Positions 40,840-54,624 of a DNA stretch of 64,000 bases are shown here, one piece after another; position 1 is the stretch's first letter; every line of letters starts with the position of its first letter. This DNA is from Callorhinchus milii (lineage: Eukaryota). The translations under genes and the position numbers were made by a program. The stretch lies in the NCBI RefSeq assembly GCF_018977255.1, contig NW_024704742.1, positions 61,010,001 through 61,074,000 of the forward strand. The letters run 5' to 3'. The notes beneath the pieces were generated by a model. The model did no database searches. It had not been told where the DNA came from and worked only from the letters and a program-made list of their open reading frames with translations.

Positions 40840-41610
40840 TGTTGTGAGGTGCGGAGGGAGGGGGTGGTAGGTGACATGGAGGGGGGAAGAGGAGGAGGCA
40901 GCCAGGTGGATATTATCTATCTTAGAGATAAAGAAGTCCAGGACCTCTTCACACCTCATCGGAAGTGAGGATTGAGGGCACTTGAGAGAGGGTATGGAGG
41001 AGGTGGTAGTTTAGAACATGATTTTGGGGAATGACGAGAGTGGAAAGCAGTTTGGGCTTGAGAGAGGGATCAGCATTAGGTACGAGGAAGCTCGAGCCAC
41101 AGTTGGTGGTGAACAGTGAGGCCGGATTTGTGTCATCTGTGCTCAAGCAACCGGTCTTAAGGAACAACAACTTGAACTTATATAGCGCCCTTATGCAGGG
41201 CAGCATCTCAGAGCACTTGGTCTTAAGGAAGGTCTTAAGATGGACTTGAAGGAGGTCAGGAAAGAAGTGGAGCAAAGGGACTCCGGGATGGAGCTCCAGA
41301 GGTTGGGGGCAAAAAGGCTGAAAGTTTAACCGACAATCCTGCAGCGGTCGAGTTGGTAGGGTTTAAGAAGGTCAAAGGTAAAGTGGGACAAGACTATGTA
41401 GGGACTTGAAGTTGATGATGAGGGTTTTGAACTCAGTCCTCCAGGGAATGGGAAGCCCGTGGAGATGGGCGAGAATGGAAATGATAGGCTTGCGGAGGTG
41501 AGTGCGGGAGAGGGCACATGCTGCAGAATTCTGAACAATCTGCAGCTTGTGGAGGGAAAAATTGGGATATCCTATGAACAGAGAATTGGCATAGTCTAGC
41601 CTGGACATGG
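40840..41610 (-). mobile_element. L2 fragments (two pieces, minus strand)
   Basis: [12 protein letters not shown] (41372..41608) and CEEVLDFFISKIDNIH (40744..40959). Confidence 0.85.
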
Positions 41611-42199
41611 ATAAAGGGTCTCAGCTTTTGATAACATCATTGCACACTGTATTAAAGGTACTGGATTGTGAGAAAGATTATTATCATTAAAATTGACACA
41701 GACTTCTATCTATTTATATACATAGATAGTGGGACAAAAACAGTAAGAAAGTGGAATAAGTAAACACCATTTAGTCCATCCAGCTCATGATAAGATTCAA
41801 ATCCTGTTTCCATCATTCTTGTTCACTTTTTAAGTCTCTTATTATTAATTATTAACTGGAGTATACTACAAACAACTACCCAAACAGTTAAAAAAGAATC
41901 AATTACAGAACTACAGTATTTGCACCAAATGAAAGAAAACAGCTCCTGATGCACACTAACTTAGCAGCGAGTGGTGGTTACATGATTTTATAGGTATCAT
42001 CTCCAGTAAGACATAAGTAGAAGACATGTTAATTGTATTATATTCAGACAAGTGAAATAAAGAATTAATGTTTGCCTGCAAATACAATCACTACACTTCA
42101 CAGTAAAATCCAATGAAGCACTTTGAAGACGTCTCGACGACCTGATAAGGCGCTCTATCAAATGCAATTATTCTTTTTTTTAATATTATCAAGAATGAC

Positions 42200-42455
42200 A
42201 AAGCTGCCCCATTGGGTGCAGGCACCAACTGATGCAGGACAAGGCTATAAAGGCAAGAACAATTCATGGGGTAAATGCTGGTCTGTGCTGCATTAACTCT
42301 CAACTAGAACTTAAGAAATGTCAATTGGCCAAGTGAGGAAGGGGGAAATTAACTAAGATTAATGCTCCTGGACACTACCTGGAGACCACTGCTGGAAAGT
42401 AATTGTACATGGAGTTTCAGTGAGGACAGGTTTTCCTCAACTGTGATCCTCTCCT
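42200..42455 (+). mobile_element. Ancient SINE remnant, AmnSINE2/LmeSINE2-like (small piece also at 4948-4985)
   Basis: ctggtctgtgctg...aattggcc...ggaagggggaaatt...gctcctg...ctgctggaaagt...gtgaggacagg...ctgtgat follows the motif order I recall for this family; not verified by alignment. Confidence 0.5.
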
Positions 42456-43119
42456 GCTCCCCCCTCCCCCCACATCCTCTTTTCTAGAACAGTATCCAAA
42501 TAGATGGAAAAATGAAATTAAAATATCTTCAATAGAGCTGGAGGAGGTGAGTGAAGAAAAGCAGAGGAGAGAAATTGATGCAATAAACAGAGGATCAAGA
42601 ATGGCAAGCAGCAAAAGCTGAATTTAAGAAACAAAAGATTTGATTTCATGTTTGCAATCTGTTCAAGGTTCATTCTTATTCTGAAAAAAAAGAGTTAACT
42701 AGATTCCTGCAGTGCAGCTATTCATCCCTCCCAGTCCCCCATTACCTTTCAGTGTGTGCAATATATTGCAGAGTCAGCATAGTCTCTCCACTAAACTGAG
42801 ATGCGCAAATGAGAGAGGTGGGGAGGGGGGTATTCTTCCCATTTGTTTATTGCAAAATTATAACAATGAATAATTGCAGCTCAAACAAATGATTGAGTAC
42901 GTTTCTCATGCAAAGGAGGAGAGTGAGAATAAGGCCAAACTGTGTGTGCTGCAAATACCAAAACAACATACAGCCCCGTTTAACTGGGGTGTGCTGGTAA
43001 TGATGGGATTTTGCAGATGGCAATTGTCATGTAAAATGATGGCATTAGTTGACAGGGAGAGATGCATCACTTACTATTTCCTTCCTTTCATTGCACATTG
43101 GACAGCAGAACAGTGCTGA

Positions 43120-43330
43120 AAACCGCGAGCTGCAACCGAACCTGCTGCTGCGCCGCGCGCACCCGCCCTGCCTCTCGCTGATTGGTGTGCTGCGGCGAAT
43201 GCGGGCTCGCTATTGGTCAGCGCGGGTGCCAATCACCCGAGCATCCGTTTCACGTTTGGTTGATCCGCCTGCCAGCCCCCCCCTCCCCTCCCGACCTGCT
43301 GTCAGCAGGGAGAGGGAGCCCAGCTCTGCA
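43120..43330. promoter_or_regulatory. CpG-rich promoter-like island with three CCAAT boxes and a GC box
   Basis: CpG-dense unique sequence. ATTGG at 43181 and 43212, CCAAT at 43229, CCCGCCC at 43162-43168. Confidence 0.7.
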
Positions 43331-43386
43331 CTGCAAGCCCTGCCCTGTGCATGGTGTGGGCTGCTTGCACAACACAGGGCAGGGCT

Positions 43387-43414
43387 TGTGTGTGTGTGTG
43401 TGTGTGTGTGTGTG
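43387..43414. repeat. (TG)14 microsatellite
   Basis: Read directly from the sequence. Confidence 0.95.
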
Positions 43415-45249
43415 AGCCTGGCTCAGTTGTTAGTTACAGCTCTCAGTTAAAAACAATAATAATAATTTGGTCATTCAATCCCCGAGTGTTTGCGGGACAC
43501 TGCTGTGTGCAATTGGCTGCCGCGTTTCGCCCACCACTATACGGCCAATTCACTTTACAGTCTATTCTCTGAAGCGCTTGGAGACATCTAGAAGACGTGA
43601 TGAGCCGCTATATCAAACGCAAGGATTATTATTATTACTATGTGATTCCAAGTCCCAATGTGGGGCTTGAACCCACAATCTTTTGACTCAGAGGCAAGAG
43701 TACTACAACTGAACCAGGCGGACGCACTTGCAAATATACAATCAAGTACATTTTCCAATAAAAACTCCTTTGAAGCCCTGTGAGCCATCTCCATGACAGG
43801 ATGCAAGAGTTATTATTGTCAATTATGGAAAGGGGGGAAAGGTGCTTAAAGTGAGTTTCTGAAAGAAATAATGCTGGTAAGTTAGTCAGGATGACAGTCC
43901 TGACATTATAATTATGTGGTTGAGGACACAAAGTAGGACACACAACGATTCAACAACAACTTGAAATTCATATAATTTTGGTGGTGAGTTTGTTCACTTC
44001 TATCACTCCTGGGCGTCAATTGTGTAAAGTATTTTGAGACTTCTTCTCAACATGAAACACACTATTTAAATGTAAATTGCTGTTGTTAATAGAGCTTTGT
44101 GGCGAGTTTGTTCACTTGTGTTGTAAGTAAGCAAATGTTTTGGCAACACGGAAAGGCTCTGTAAGAAATGCAAAGATTATTATTATTATGAATGCAATCT
44201 ATGTTTGGAACAGCATTCCCACAGGTAAGTTTGATGTTCTTTCAGTCAGATTCCTTCAGGAATCCAGTCAGAAAATGTCACATCTTAGACCCTAATATTA
44301 TTGTTGTTTTCATTTCCAACACTCTGTATAATGGATAGAAATTCAGGTGCAATTTGTTGAGTAAGTTTGTTCTTTTTTCTGATGTCTGTGACGGAATGAA
44401 TAGTTTCTGTTTAACAGAAGAAACAAGGTTATTTTATGAACTTATGATGAGTAAGTCACTTATGATGATTTATAAGACTAAGAGGAGTTACTCAACTTAC
44501 TCAAAAAACATTGCTTTTTTTACACCACATGATTTGAGGAACCATGGAATAAAATATATCTGTGTTCCATTTATACTCCTTCAGAAAGTGTTAGAACAAC
44601 AATACGACTTCAGCTTTTCAGTGCTACTTGCTGTTCAAACAGGGTCATTAATTTAATAACGTTATTCTCTGACAGGTGGCTTCTCCTACTTATTTCATGA
44701 CCATGACATCTTTATTCTATGATTTATACCACTTACAATTGTGATAACAATCACCAGTGGTACTATTTTTTCAAGTGATTGACTGGTGATGTCCAACTAC
44801 AAGGTCATACATGTGAGTCTTCAGACTGCTGTCACTTAGCTTTGCTTTGTCCTTTTGCCTGGGCTTCATTATTTCTGGGTAAGACCACTAGATGGAGTAC
44901 GACACAGCTTCTGATGCTGCCAATTCGAGTACCCAAATTCACAATGACATTCACTGTCAATGGATTTTTCTAAAATAAAATTCCAGCACACCTTTGTAAC
45001 AATTGTATATATTTGAATAGGAACCTCATTCTTATTCAAAATGTTGAGTGAGATCCATCAACACTCGCAGTGAACAATATTGAGAATGATTGACAGAACA
45101 TCATTTACAATATCTTTAAGAAAATGTTTTATCTTTAAGAGATTGTTTACTGCAACCAACTTGATATATTAAAAAAGACGGGTAAATAGTATGTCCCTTA
45201 TAAATACACCACAGTATAATCATGTGCGTTTGAACACTCAAACACACTG

Positions 45250-46490
45250 CTCGCCCATCTTCACTCCTGCGGATCTGAACTCCTCAACCTCCCTAGGCTT
45301 TCCTTCACACTCACCGAACCAGTGCGCAATCTAGGTGTCCGGTTCGACCCCAGCAGTCCTTCCTCCCCACATCCGGTCCCTGACCAGAACCTCCGTCTTC
45401 CACCTCTGCCACATCGCCTGCCTCCAACTGTACCTTACCCCAAATGCAACTGAAACCCTTGTGCATCAGTTTGTCACCTCCTGCCTGGATTATTCAAATG
45501 CACTCCTCGCTGGTCTCCCCGGCTCCATCATTCAAAAAATTCAGTTCATTCAAAACTCTGTTGTACGCATACTGACCCGGAGCAAGCTCCGTACCCACAT
45601 CTCACCAGTTCTGGCCAGGCTCCACTGGCTCCCCATCACCGAATGGATTGACTTCAAGATCCTCACAGTCGTGTTCAAATCCAATTACTCTCTGGCACCT
45701 CCCTACCTCTCCGACCTCCTCCCTCCCCAATCCCCCATCCAGCGCCTCCGCTCGACTGGCACCTGCCTCCTGCTTGTCCCTTGCACCCTCCGCCCCACGA
45801 TTGAAGGTCGCACTTTCAGCCACTGCGCCCCGAAACTCTGGAACACTTTCCCTCAATGTCTCTGCCTTGCTCCCTCTCTTCCCTTTTTCAGGTCCCACCT
45901 GACAGCTTTCTTCTTCGACCGTGCTTACGGCCACCTCCCCCCCCCCACCACCAGCTCGGAGTCAGGCTCCACTACTGTTAAGTGCTCTGAGATGCTGCCC
46001 TGCATGGAGGGTACTATATAAGTGCAAGTTATTGCTGGTGAAACAATTTGACTCATTTAACAACATGATAAGATGCTTTATCACTCACCTTCAAGGTTCT
46101 CACCTTCAAACCCCTCCACGGTCTTGCTCCCCCCTACCTCTCCGACCTTCTGTTCCCTCCCTCCGAGCAGCGGGCTTCAGCCTGCTTCACATCCCCCGCC
46201 TTGCTCGCCCCACTATCAGCGGCCAGGCCTTCTGCCACACCGCACCCATCCTCTGGAACTCCATTTCACAGTCCCTCCGTCTCTCCCCCTCCCTCGCCAC
46301 CTTCAAGACCCACCTCAAGACCCTCCTCTTCGATCGTGTTTTCGATCTCCCTGCTTCCCCCACTGCCATGCCCCCTCCCCCACCCCAACCCTCAGCTCGG
46401 GTCCGTAACTCTGTCTTCCCAGCGCCTTGGGACGTCCTCCAAATGTGAAAGGTGTTTTACAAATGTAATTTTGTTGTTGTTGTTGTTAAA
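45250..46490 (+). mobile_element. Two tandem L2 3' fragments (about 45250-46035 and 46095-46490)
   Basis: ORF 45335..46021 is an L2 ORF2 C-terminus; two separate tails are present. Confidence 0.9.
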
Positions 46491-47002
46491 TGCAAGGATC
46501 ATTATTTCTGGAACAAATCCAATGCAACAAAATTGGCTACTAATCCATCCCGTACCTATTTGGGTGTTTTAATTCTTCAGTCTTTGCTAGCGATAATTAA
46601 GTTCAATTCATTTTGCTCAGTAGAAGCATCTTATGGAGGATTTTCGCTTCCAAAATGCAGGAGATCTTCCATTTTGAATGGATTGGTAGTGAATAGCTAA
46701 TTCAAACAGATATCATGAAAAATATCAATATTGTTGCGTTGCATTCCCTGTGATTTAGTCTTTTTTTAAGTCAATATTTGGAACAGAAAAAAATCTTGAA
46801 TTAATGCTGATAGTTAAGCCTATTTTAACTACATGACTGCTGTGCTCATTCACTCACATTGTAAAATTACCTGAGTTGCTGCCGTTGTTAGCTGCTCAGT
46901 CAATGCCTGTTTCAAAGCAGTGGAGGAGATGTGAAATGGCAGGCAATGATTAAATAATTCAAACATAACAAACAGCGTGTGATGACAGCAATTCTAAACA
47001 TT

Positions 47003-47390
47003 GTCAGCCTGGCGCAGTGGTATCACTTTCACCTCTGAATCAGAAAGTCGTAGATTCAAGACCCACATCAGGACATGGAGTCATATAGTCTAAGCTGACA
47101 CTCCAATGTAGTGCCGGGGGGGTGTTTCATTGTCGGAGGTGCAGTCCTTCAAATGAGACGCTAAATCAAAGTCCCACCTGCCTCATCAAGTGAATGTTAA
47201 AGATCACATGCCACTGTTCAAAAAGCGAAGAGAGTTTCCTCCTAGCCAAAAGTCCCCCAAATAAAAGTGGTCACTCACTCCATGGCTGTTTGTGGGACAC
47301 TACTCTGCCATGTTTCACCTACAAAATACAGTCAATCTACTTTATAGTATATTCTGTGAAGCCCTATCTCAAACATGAAGATTATTATCA
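47003..47390 (+). mobile_element. DeuSINE-like SINE (tRNA-like head, Deu-like central domain, L2-like tail)
   Basis: Head gtcagcctggcgcagtggt...cctctgaatcagaa. Centre cattgtcggaggtgc...gagacgctaaa...gttaaagatc.catg.cact resembles the Deu domain as I recall it. Confidence 0.75.
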
Positions 47391-47519
47391 TTAACATTTG
47401 TTTCCTTAACATTTGCATGTCTTGGAGGAAGGAGTTATAATAATAATCTTTACAGTTTACCTCACCAAATGTAGAGATTATTATTATTATAATTATTACT
47501 TGGCATTTTCAGACCCAAT

Positions 47520-48110
47520 GTAAGGTCATTACATTTGCGGATGACACCAAGCTGGGGTAACTGGAATTAGAAGAGACAGCAATGATTTTACAAAGTGAGC
47601 TTGATAACGTATGCACATAGGCTGATGAAGTTTTAATGCAGGTAAATACAATGTGCTGCACATAGGAAGAAAGAATAGGAGGCACATGAACTCCACGAAT
47701 GGGATGCAACTTGCCAAAATGTAAACTGAAAGAGATGTAGGGGTGTTAATTGATTTATCATTCACCTTGTCAAATAAGTGTGGGCAGCAATAGAGAAGGC
47801 AAATAAGATACTGGGCTAAATTGCCAAATCAGTGGAGCTCAGATCCCCTGAAGTCATCATCAAGCTGTATAGTGCTCTGGTCAGGACTCAAAGAGAGGAC
47901 TGCATACAGCTCTGGTCAACGGGACACAAAGGAGTTATCCATGTCCTAGTGGCAGTGCAAGGGAGAACACAGTGGATGATCCCCAATCTTGGAGGAATGA
48001 GCATAGTGATTAGACAAGCTAGGGCTCTTCACTCTTCAAAAGAGACATCTCAGAGCAGATCTTATAGAGGAAAATAAGATTTTAAATGGGATTCAGAATG
48101 TAAACTCAAA
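47520..48110 (+). mobile_element. Degraded CR1-type LINE fragment
   Basis: tttgcggatgacaccaagctg (FADDTKL) and LYSALVRTQREDCIQLWS; frameshifted. Confidence 0.8.
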
Positions 48111-48184
48111 ACAATAAGTTGGATGGGCCAACATATATACATCTAGGGTTATACATAACAAACACCACATCATTTGCAATTAAC

Positions 48185-49945
48185 CTCTACGCCTCAAAGA
48201 TTGAAAACATCCACTTGGCTGCATCGTCCTCCCCACCATGTCCCCTTCCACCCCACCCAGAGATTCCACACCGCCTTCTCCCTCCGCCACGACTCCTGGC
48301 ACTCCCCCCTCCTTATACACCTTTGTCCCCATTTCTCTCTCCTCCCTCTCAACCACAATCACCCGGGTGAAGTTCACCACCTGTTGCCTCAAACCCCTCC
48401 CCAACCAGCTGCTGGTCACTCATCTCCCCTTCCTGTCTCCCCTGCTGGCCAACACAGTCAACCAGTCTATTTACTCAGGCTCTGTTCCATTCCCCATGAA
48501 AACTGCTGTTATCACACCCCTCCTCAAAAAAACGCCCTTGATCCCTTTCATCTCTCACACTACCATCCCATCTCCAACTTATCCTTCCTTGCCAAAGTCC
48601 TGAAACGCAATGCTGCAGGTCAACTTTGCTCACACTTCTCCCTCCGCTCCCTCCTCGAGCCCTGTAGTCTGGTTTTGGCCCTGCCCACAGCACAAAGACA
48701 GCACTTGTCAAAATCACAAACAACGTCCTCTCTATCTGTGACCAGGGCTCCCTCTGCCTCCTCGTCCCCCTGGATCTCAGCCACATTCGACACAGTCAAC
48801 CACATTATCCTCCTCCACCACCTCTCCTCCCTCATCCACCTTAACAGGACCGCACTAATATTGCTCGAGTCCTGCTTAACCAACTGTCTCCATTTCATCT
48901 CGGCAAATGGTTTCTCCTCCCGCCCCCACCAGGTCACCTGCAGGGTACCCCAGGGCGCCATCCTTGGCCCTCTTCTTTTCCTTATTTATATGCTCCCTCT
49001 GGACAATGTCATCCGCAGACATGGGGTAAACTACTTTGTCTCTTCCAGTAGCAACTCCAGGGCCACCGATGTTCTATCAGCTTGTCTGGCAGACACCAGG
49101 GTCTGGATGAGTGCAAACTTCTTGCAGCTCAATGTGAATGCCATACTCCATGGCTCCCGTCAATGTCTTTACTCTGGGGGTTCTGAATTCCTCAACCTCC
49201 CTGGGGTCTCCCTCACACACACCAAACCAATGCGCAATCTAAGTGTCCGGTTTGACCTCCAGCTGTCCTTCTTGCCCCACATCAGGTCCCTGACAGGGAC
49301 CGCCTTCTTCCACCTCCACCACATTGCCCATCTCTAACTGCACCGTACCCCAAATGCAGCCAAAGCCCTCGTGCATGTGTTTGTCACCTCCTGCCTGGAT
49401 TACTCAAAAGCACTTCTCGCTGGTCTCCCCAGTTCCTCTATTAAAAAAATCCAGCTCATTCAGAACTCTGTCGCCCACATACTGACCCAGACCAAACTCT
49501 GTATGCACATCTCACCAGTTCTGCCCAGGCCTCACTGGCTCCCCATCATCGAATGGATCAACTTCAAGATCCTCACATTCGTGTTCAAATCCCTTCAATC
49601 TCTGGCACCTCCCTACCTTTCCGACCTCCTCACTCCCTAATCCACCACCCGGTGTCTCCGCTCGACAGGCACCGGACTCCTACTCGTCCCTCGCACCCTC
49701 CGCCCCACCATCGGAGGTCACGCTTTCAGCCACTACACCCCGAAACTCTGGAACACTCTTTCTCAATCCCTCCGCCTTGCCCCCTCTCTCCCCTATTTCA
49801 AATTCCACCTGAAAATCTTCCTCTTCGACCGTGCTTACGGCCACCTCTCCCCACTTCCCCAGCTCGGAGACAGGATCCACCATTGTTAAGCGCTTTGAGA
49901 TGCTACCCTGCATGGAGGGCGTTAAATAAGTGCAAGTTGTTATAG
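48185..49945 (+). mobile_element. L2 LINE, 5'-truncated, degraded
   Basis: YHPISNLSFLAKVL, ATFDTVNH, VPQGAILGPLLF; L2 3' tail. Confidence 0.92.
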
Positions 49946-50549
49946 AGTGGTCCTAGTTTCTGGGTTGCTCGTGAATCTGGCTTTACAGCACAAACTTGCA
50001 ATTACTTCAGTAGTAAAGGAGATTTAGCCTGCATCAACCCCAGACGCAGAATATTCGGCTGTATGCTCTACAGTTGAAATCACCATTTACTTAATTGTAA
50101 GATTTCACTATAAAATACAATGATACAGCACGCAAATAGGCTATTTGACCCAACTATGCCGGTATAATAAATAAGAACTCAGATTACTTTAAAACTTAAA
50201 TAATTAATTTTAAGCATGTCTATCACAATACACTGGAAGTAATTGTCCCTGTGCCGAGCAAACTTGTTGATATGCATTGGTCTATTATGTTCTATTCACT
50301 CCGTGTTTAGTCAGCTCAATTGATGTGCACTTATAAATAACTAACTATATCCATTGCAGCTTCACTTGCAACCAAAGGATCCAATATGGAATGTAGATTG
50401 ACACACAGACAGACACACAGATAGACATTTTACCTTTATCTATACGCATGTGGGAGGACTCCTCTGGGAGGCTTCAGTGGGTGGACTCGGTACTTTAAAA
50501 ATGTAATTTGTTGTTGCCACAGCTTAGCTTTGTATGTGTTCTTTATTTT

Positions 50550-51380
50550 CCCCGTCCCCTTCCCTCCCTTACTCCCGCTCAACCCTCCTCTCCCTCCGCC
50601 TGCCCCGACTCCTATCCCTCCTCGACACCCCAACGGCCTCCCTCTGCTCCTCCCTTCACAATCTCTGTCGTGTCCACCATGGTAGACGCCGTCGGCTGTC
50701 CTACAGCACCCATCCTGACTGCCCCTTCCCCCACTCTTGCCGCAAGGCCCACCGGCCCTCACCCACGGGAGCCAACCTTTCCTCCCTCACTCACATCCCC
50801 ATCCAACCCGCCTGACCACCCCCTCCCACCCCTCATCCCCCCCACACTCCCACCACTAACTGTCCTCTCCGCATCGGTCTGCAGAACATCTGCTCATTAA
50901 CCAACAAGTCCCTCACAATCCACAACCTCAACGTTGAGGAAAATATTGACATCCTCGCCCTCACCGAAACCTGGGTCATCCCAGGTGACACCTTCCCACT
51001 AGTTGAGGCCACACCTCCAGGTTACACCTTTCACCAAACCGCATGGCCTAATCGCCATGGCGGTAGTGTGGCTCTCATCTCCCAGTCCCCCCTCAACCTT
51101 TCCCCTTACTCCTCCGGAACCTACCCCTCCATTGAACACCTTACTTTCTACCACCCCTCCAGGCTTTTTCTCAAAATCCTCCTTGTTTACCGTCCCCCCA
51201 AGCCTTCCCCCACCTTCCTCTCGGACAGCTCCACCCTCCTATCTTCCCTCTCTCTGTGCTCTGAACGCCTCCGAACCTTAGGACTTCAACCTCCACTTCA
51301 CCCCCTTCTGCTCTACCTCTGCCAACTTCTCTTCCCTCTTATCTTCCCTTAACCTCTCCCTCCTCATCCACTCCACCACA
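50550..51380 (+). mobile_element. L2 ORF2 N-terminus and APE endonuclease fragment
   Basis: YSRSTLLSL..., then LQNICSLTNKSLTIHNLNVEENIDILALTETW and VYRPP motifs. Confidence 0.85.
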
Positions 51381-54300
51381 GTTTTACTGTATTTAGCCAA
51401 GGGTTCACTGTTTTATGGAACACTATTTTTTCTTCATGTAGGTTTAGTTTCAGAATGTCACTGCTTTGACAGATGATCATCCAGGTAAACAATCAATGGT
51501 TTCATGCGTATAATTCATTAAAGAGGTGTACCTTTTAGACTCCGTTAATAAGGTTTACTATATAAGATTATTCCCCATGTGGATAATTGTTCATGTGCTT
51601 ATACACATGCCAATACTGGAAATTTGTTACATCAGTCTATATAACGCTCAGCTGAGGATGGTTCAGCTAGCAGAGCAGCAGTGAGAATTGCAGGAAGTCT
51701 TGAGGCTACAATCTACGTGGATGTGTACAGGCAGATATACAATCAAATTGCTCTTTATATGTGTGGTTTAAAACCTTGCAAAATAGACTGAATTCTTCCT
51801 TTGTGAATCTTCTGAACCAAGCCCATATCTTAGATTTTGGTGCATGGAATTTAATGCTTGAAGCCACTTATTGTTATTCCTAGTTCCCCCATTTTCCAGC
51901 ATGAATATTTTCAGAAATGTCAAAATATTTTAGCCATTTTGTCACCAATGTTCCTCCAGTAACCAATATTTTCTGGAAATAGCATTTTAGTAAAGTAATA
52001 CATAGATTTGGAAAGAAAGAAAGCTTTGAAGGTGCAATATAAAGATCAGATGGTTATTGTTTGTCACAAGGTCTGGAAATAATTGGAACTTAGGGCTGGT
52101 AAAGCACCGCAGTCACAGTTGCAAAATAGAATTTGCAAATGAACTTGCTGCATCAGAATTCTTTTGAAAAATGCCTTGAGGTGACTACATCTCTTTGAAC
52201 TCATTCAAAATCACTCAACTGATTTTTAATGTTGCAATTTACATTTATATAGCATCTTCCATGTCGGAAGGACATCTCAAAGCATTTTACATTGCTGATG
52301 GACACCCGAGCTGGGGGTGGGATACAAAATGCATTCCCTGACCATTCATTGAGAGGCGCACTTCATTCTTGGACAGCAATGCCAGAGTCTACAGAAGTCT
52401 TGTTGCTGTGCAGGTTGTGCTGGCAAATAGGACATGACTGCAGAGATTTCAACCTGCTTCTGATTTTGTCTTTTTTTTCCAAAAAAAACACAAGCCTTTG
52501 CTGTCACTACCGATAAGTACTGCTATTGGGCAGTCTCCTGTTTGACCAGTTATTCATGAATCTCAGCACCATCAGGGTATACTTAAATTCTCAATCAGAC
52601 TCTCACTAACTGGAAAAAGAGAGTAGCTGTTGTGAATAATCCTAATTAAGTGTCAGCCTGGCTCACTTGGTGGCACTCTAATCTCTGAGTTAGAAGGTTG
52701 TGCGTTGAATTGATTGTCAAATCAAATAAAAGATTAGACCACCCTGCTCTACACACTATGTCCTTGGAGGGATGCATCCTGCTTACCTAACCCCAGACAG
52801 TATTAGATGCAGGTTGGCAAGAATCAAAATCTGGGGGGAGTGTGTGTAAAGATATTATTGGAGTTCAACCACTTAAAGCTGTATAGCTCCTCATTGAAAA
52901 TACTGTTTGGCAAGCTTTCTGACTGTTTGTTCAGATGGAGGCACCCTGTTCCATTATGGCTTTGGCTTTCAGGGTGAACAGGAACTGAGTGGGAAGAATC
53001 CCTACTCCCACTGATCCCAAAATTTACCACGAGCATTGGAAGCTTTTCAGCATTTATTCATTATTTATTTAAACATTTAATTGTTTATCTTTCAAAGTGA
53101 TGAATAAATATGTTTGAAGAACAAAGAGGAATTACTGTGTATTTATGCTGATACTGTAGCTCCATACTGTTTATTTTGATTTATTCTTTTTGTGGTGATC
53201 AATACATTTATATAAGGATCTATTCTATTAGCATAGGAAAACTAGTATTCAGTTTATAGTTAGCAAGAGTTAACAAATGGACATAATTTGTCCACAAAAT
53301 CCATAGTCACTACATGTTACAGTATATCCTGTGAAGCAGTGCCTGACATCCTCCTGACTTAAAAGCTATATCCAATGTAGTATTATTATCATCAGCTCAA
53401 TCTACATACACAATGTATACTGCAAATGTAATTGAGCAAGTCTTTTAGTCTGAGGCACTGCTCAGTCATATCAATTGTAAAACCACTCGTTGCCCTTCCA
53501 CTGGCAAAGTTAAAGGACTAAACAGTGCTATAGCTGCTGAGGAGAGAAAGATGTAAATTAAATTCTGACTAGCAATTGAACTCTACAGAAATCATTGATG
53601 ATTTCTCTACATCACATCAAATATTGTTCATTCAGGTTTTTGCTTGAGCTATTACTTCACAATTTGTGAATTTGAGTTGGCAGTGAACAATTTGTCTTCA
53701 CACAAAGAGGCAATTTTGGATAATAATAATAAATCCATGGTAAAGTAACTCGCTCATCAATATGGAACTTACTGGTGTCTCAATTATACGTGTGCTCCAC
53801 ATGTAGCACTGCTTGTGGCATTGTACACATTATGAAGACAGTGTACAAGGAATAAGTATCAACATTTAGCGACTCTGCAAGGAGTTGGAGATAGGGCACA
53901 GTGCAAAGACTATTCATGAAAGACCCAGGGCCATTTGAAGAATATAAGTGGATGTGATAAAAAAATGAATCACCTTCCATTAGGTGTAATAAAAGTTGAC
54001 ATCAAATCATTTAACAGTGGGTCTTATTTTGACGTCGTAAGCTGATCGGTGTAGAGTTTTCTTGGGAGATGCCTGAGGTGACAATGGGGGCCATCATACT
54101 TTTCCTTTTCTGCTCATAAACCCTGTTTTTGAAATTCTACAAAGCAATAACAAATTTGCTATTTGAATTCCTGTTTTATTTTCAGAGAGTGCTTTTTTTA
54201 AAATATAGTGCACCGAGAATGCTCATTTGCTCCACTGCACCAATATCCTCAGGACAATTATGTTGCTTAGAATAGCCATTCAGTATATACCTACAAATCA

Positions 54301-54624
54301 AATGGAAGTGTAATTTGAAGCATCTACCAATCATCCTCAATCCACGACTGTTTGTGGGACTTTGCTGTGTGCAATTGGATGCCGTGTTTCGCCCACAAAG
54401 TATACAGTCAATTCACTATACAGTATATTTTGTAAAGAGCTTTGAGGCATCTCAACGGTGTGATAAGGCACCATATCAAATGCAACGATTATTAATATTT
54501 ATTAGCTTTACTATGGCTACTCCTGAAACAGGAGAGATAAAGCTATACCAGGTCTGAATATGTACATTAACAATAAGGATCAATATCTATTTATAGTTCC
54601 TCTTTACTAGTCTTACCTTAATAG

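Noticed and set aside
43981..44117. 19-nt direct repeat gtgg(t/c)gagtttgttcactt around a retroposon tail
   Set aside because: Best explained as a target-site or local duplication.
48174..49337. Longest ORF (387 aa) and other ORFs over 150 aa at 24840, 26057, 34406, 45335, 55069 and 55738
   Set aside because: All are frameshifted L2/CR1 reverse transcriptase remnants, not host genes and not a retron/DGR-like system.
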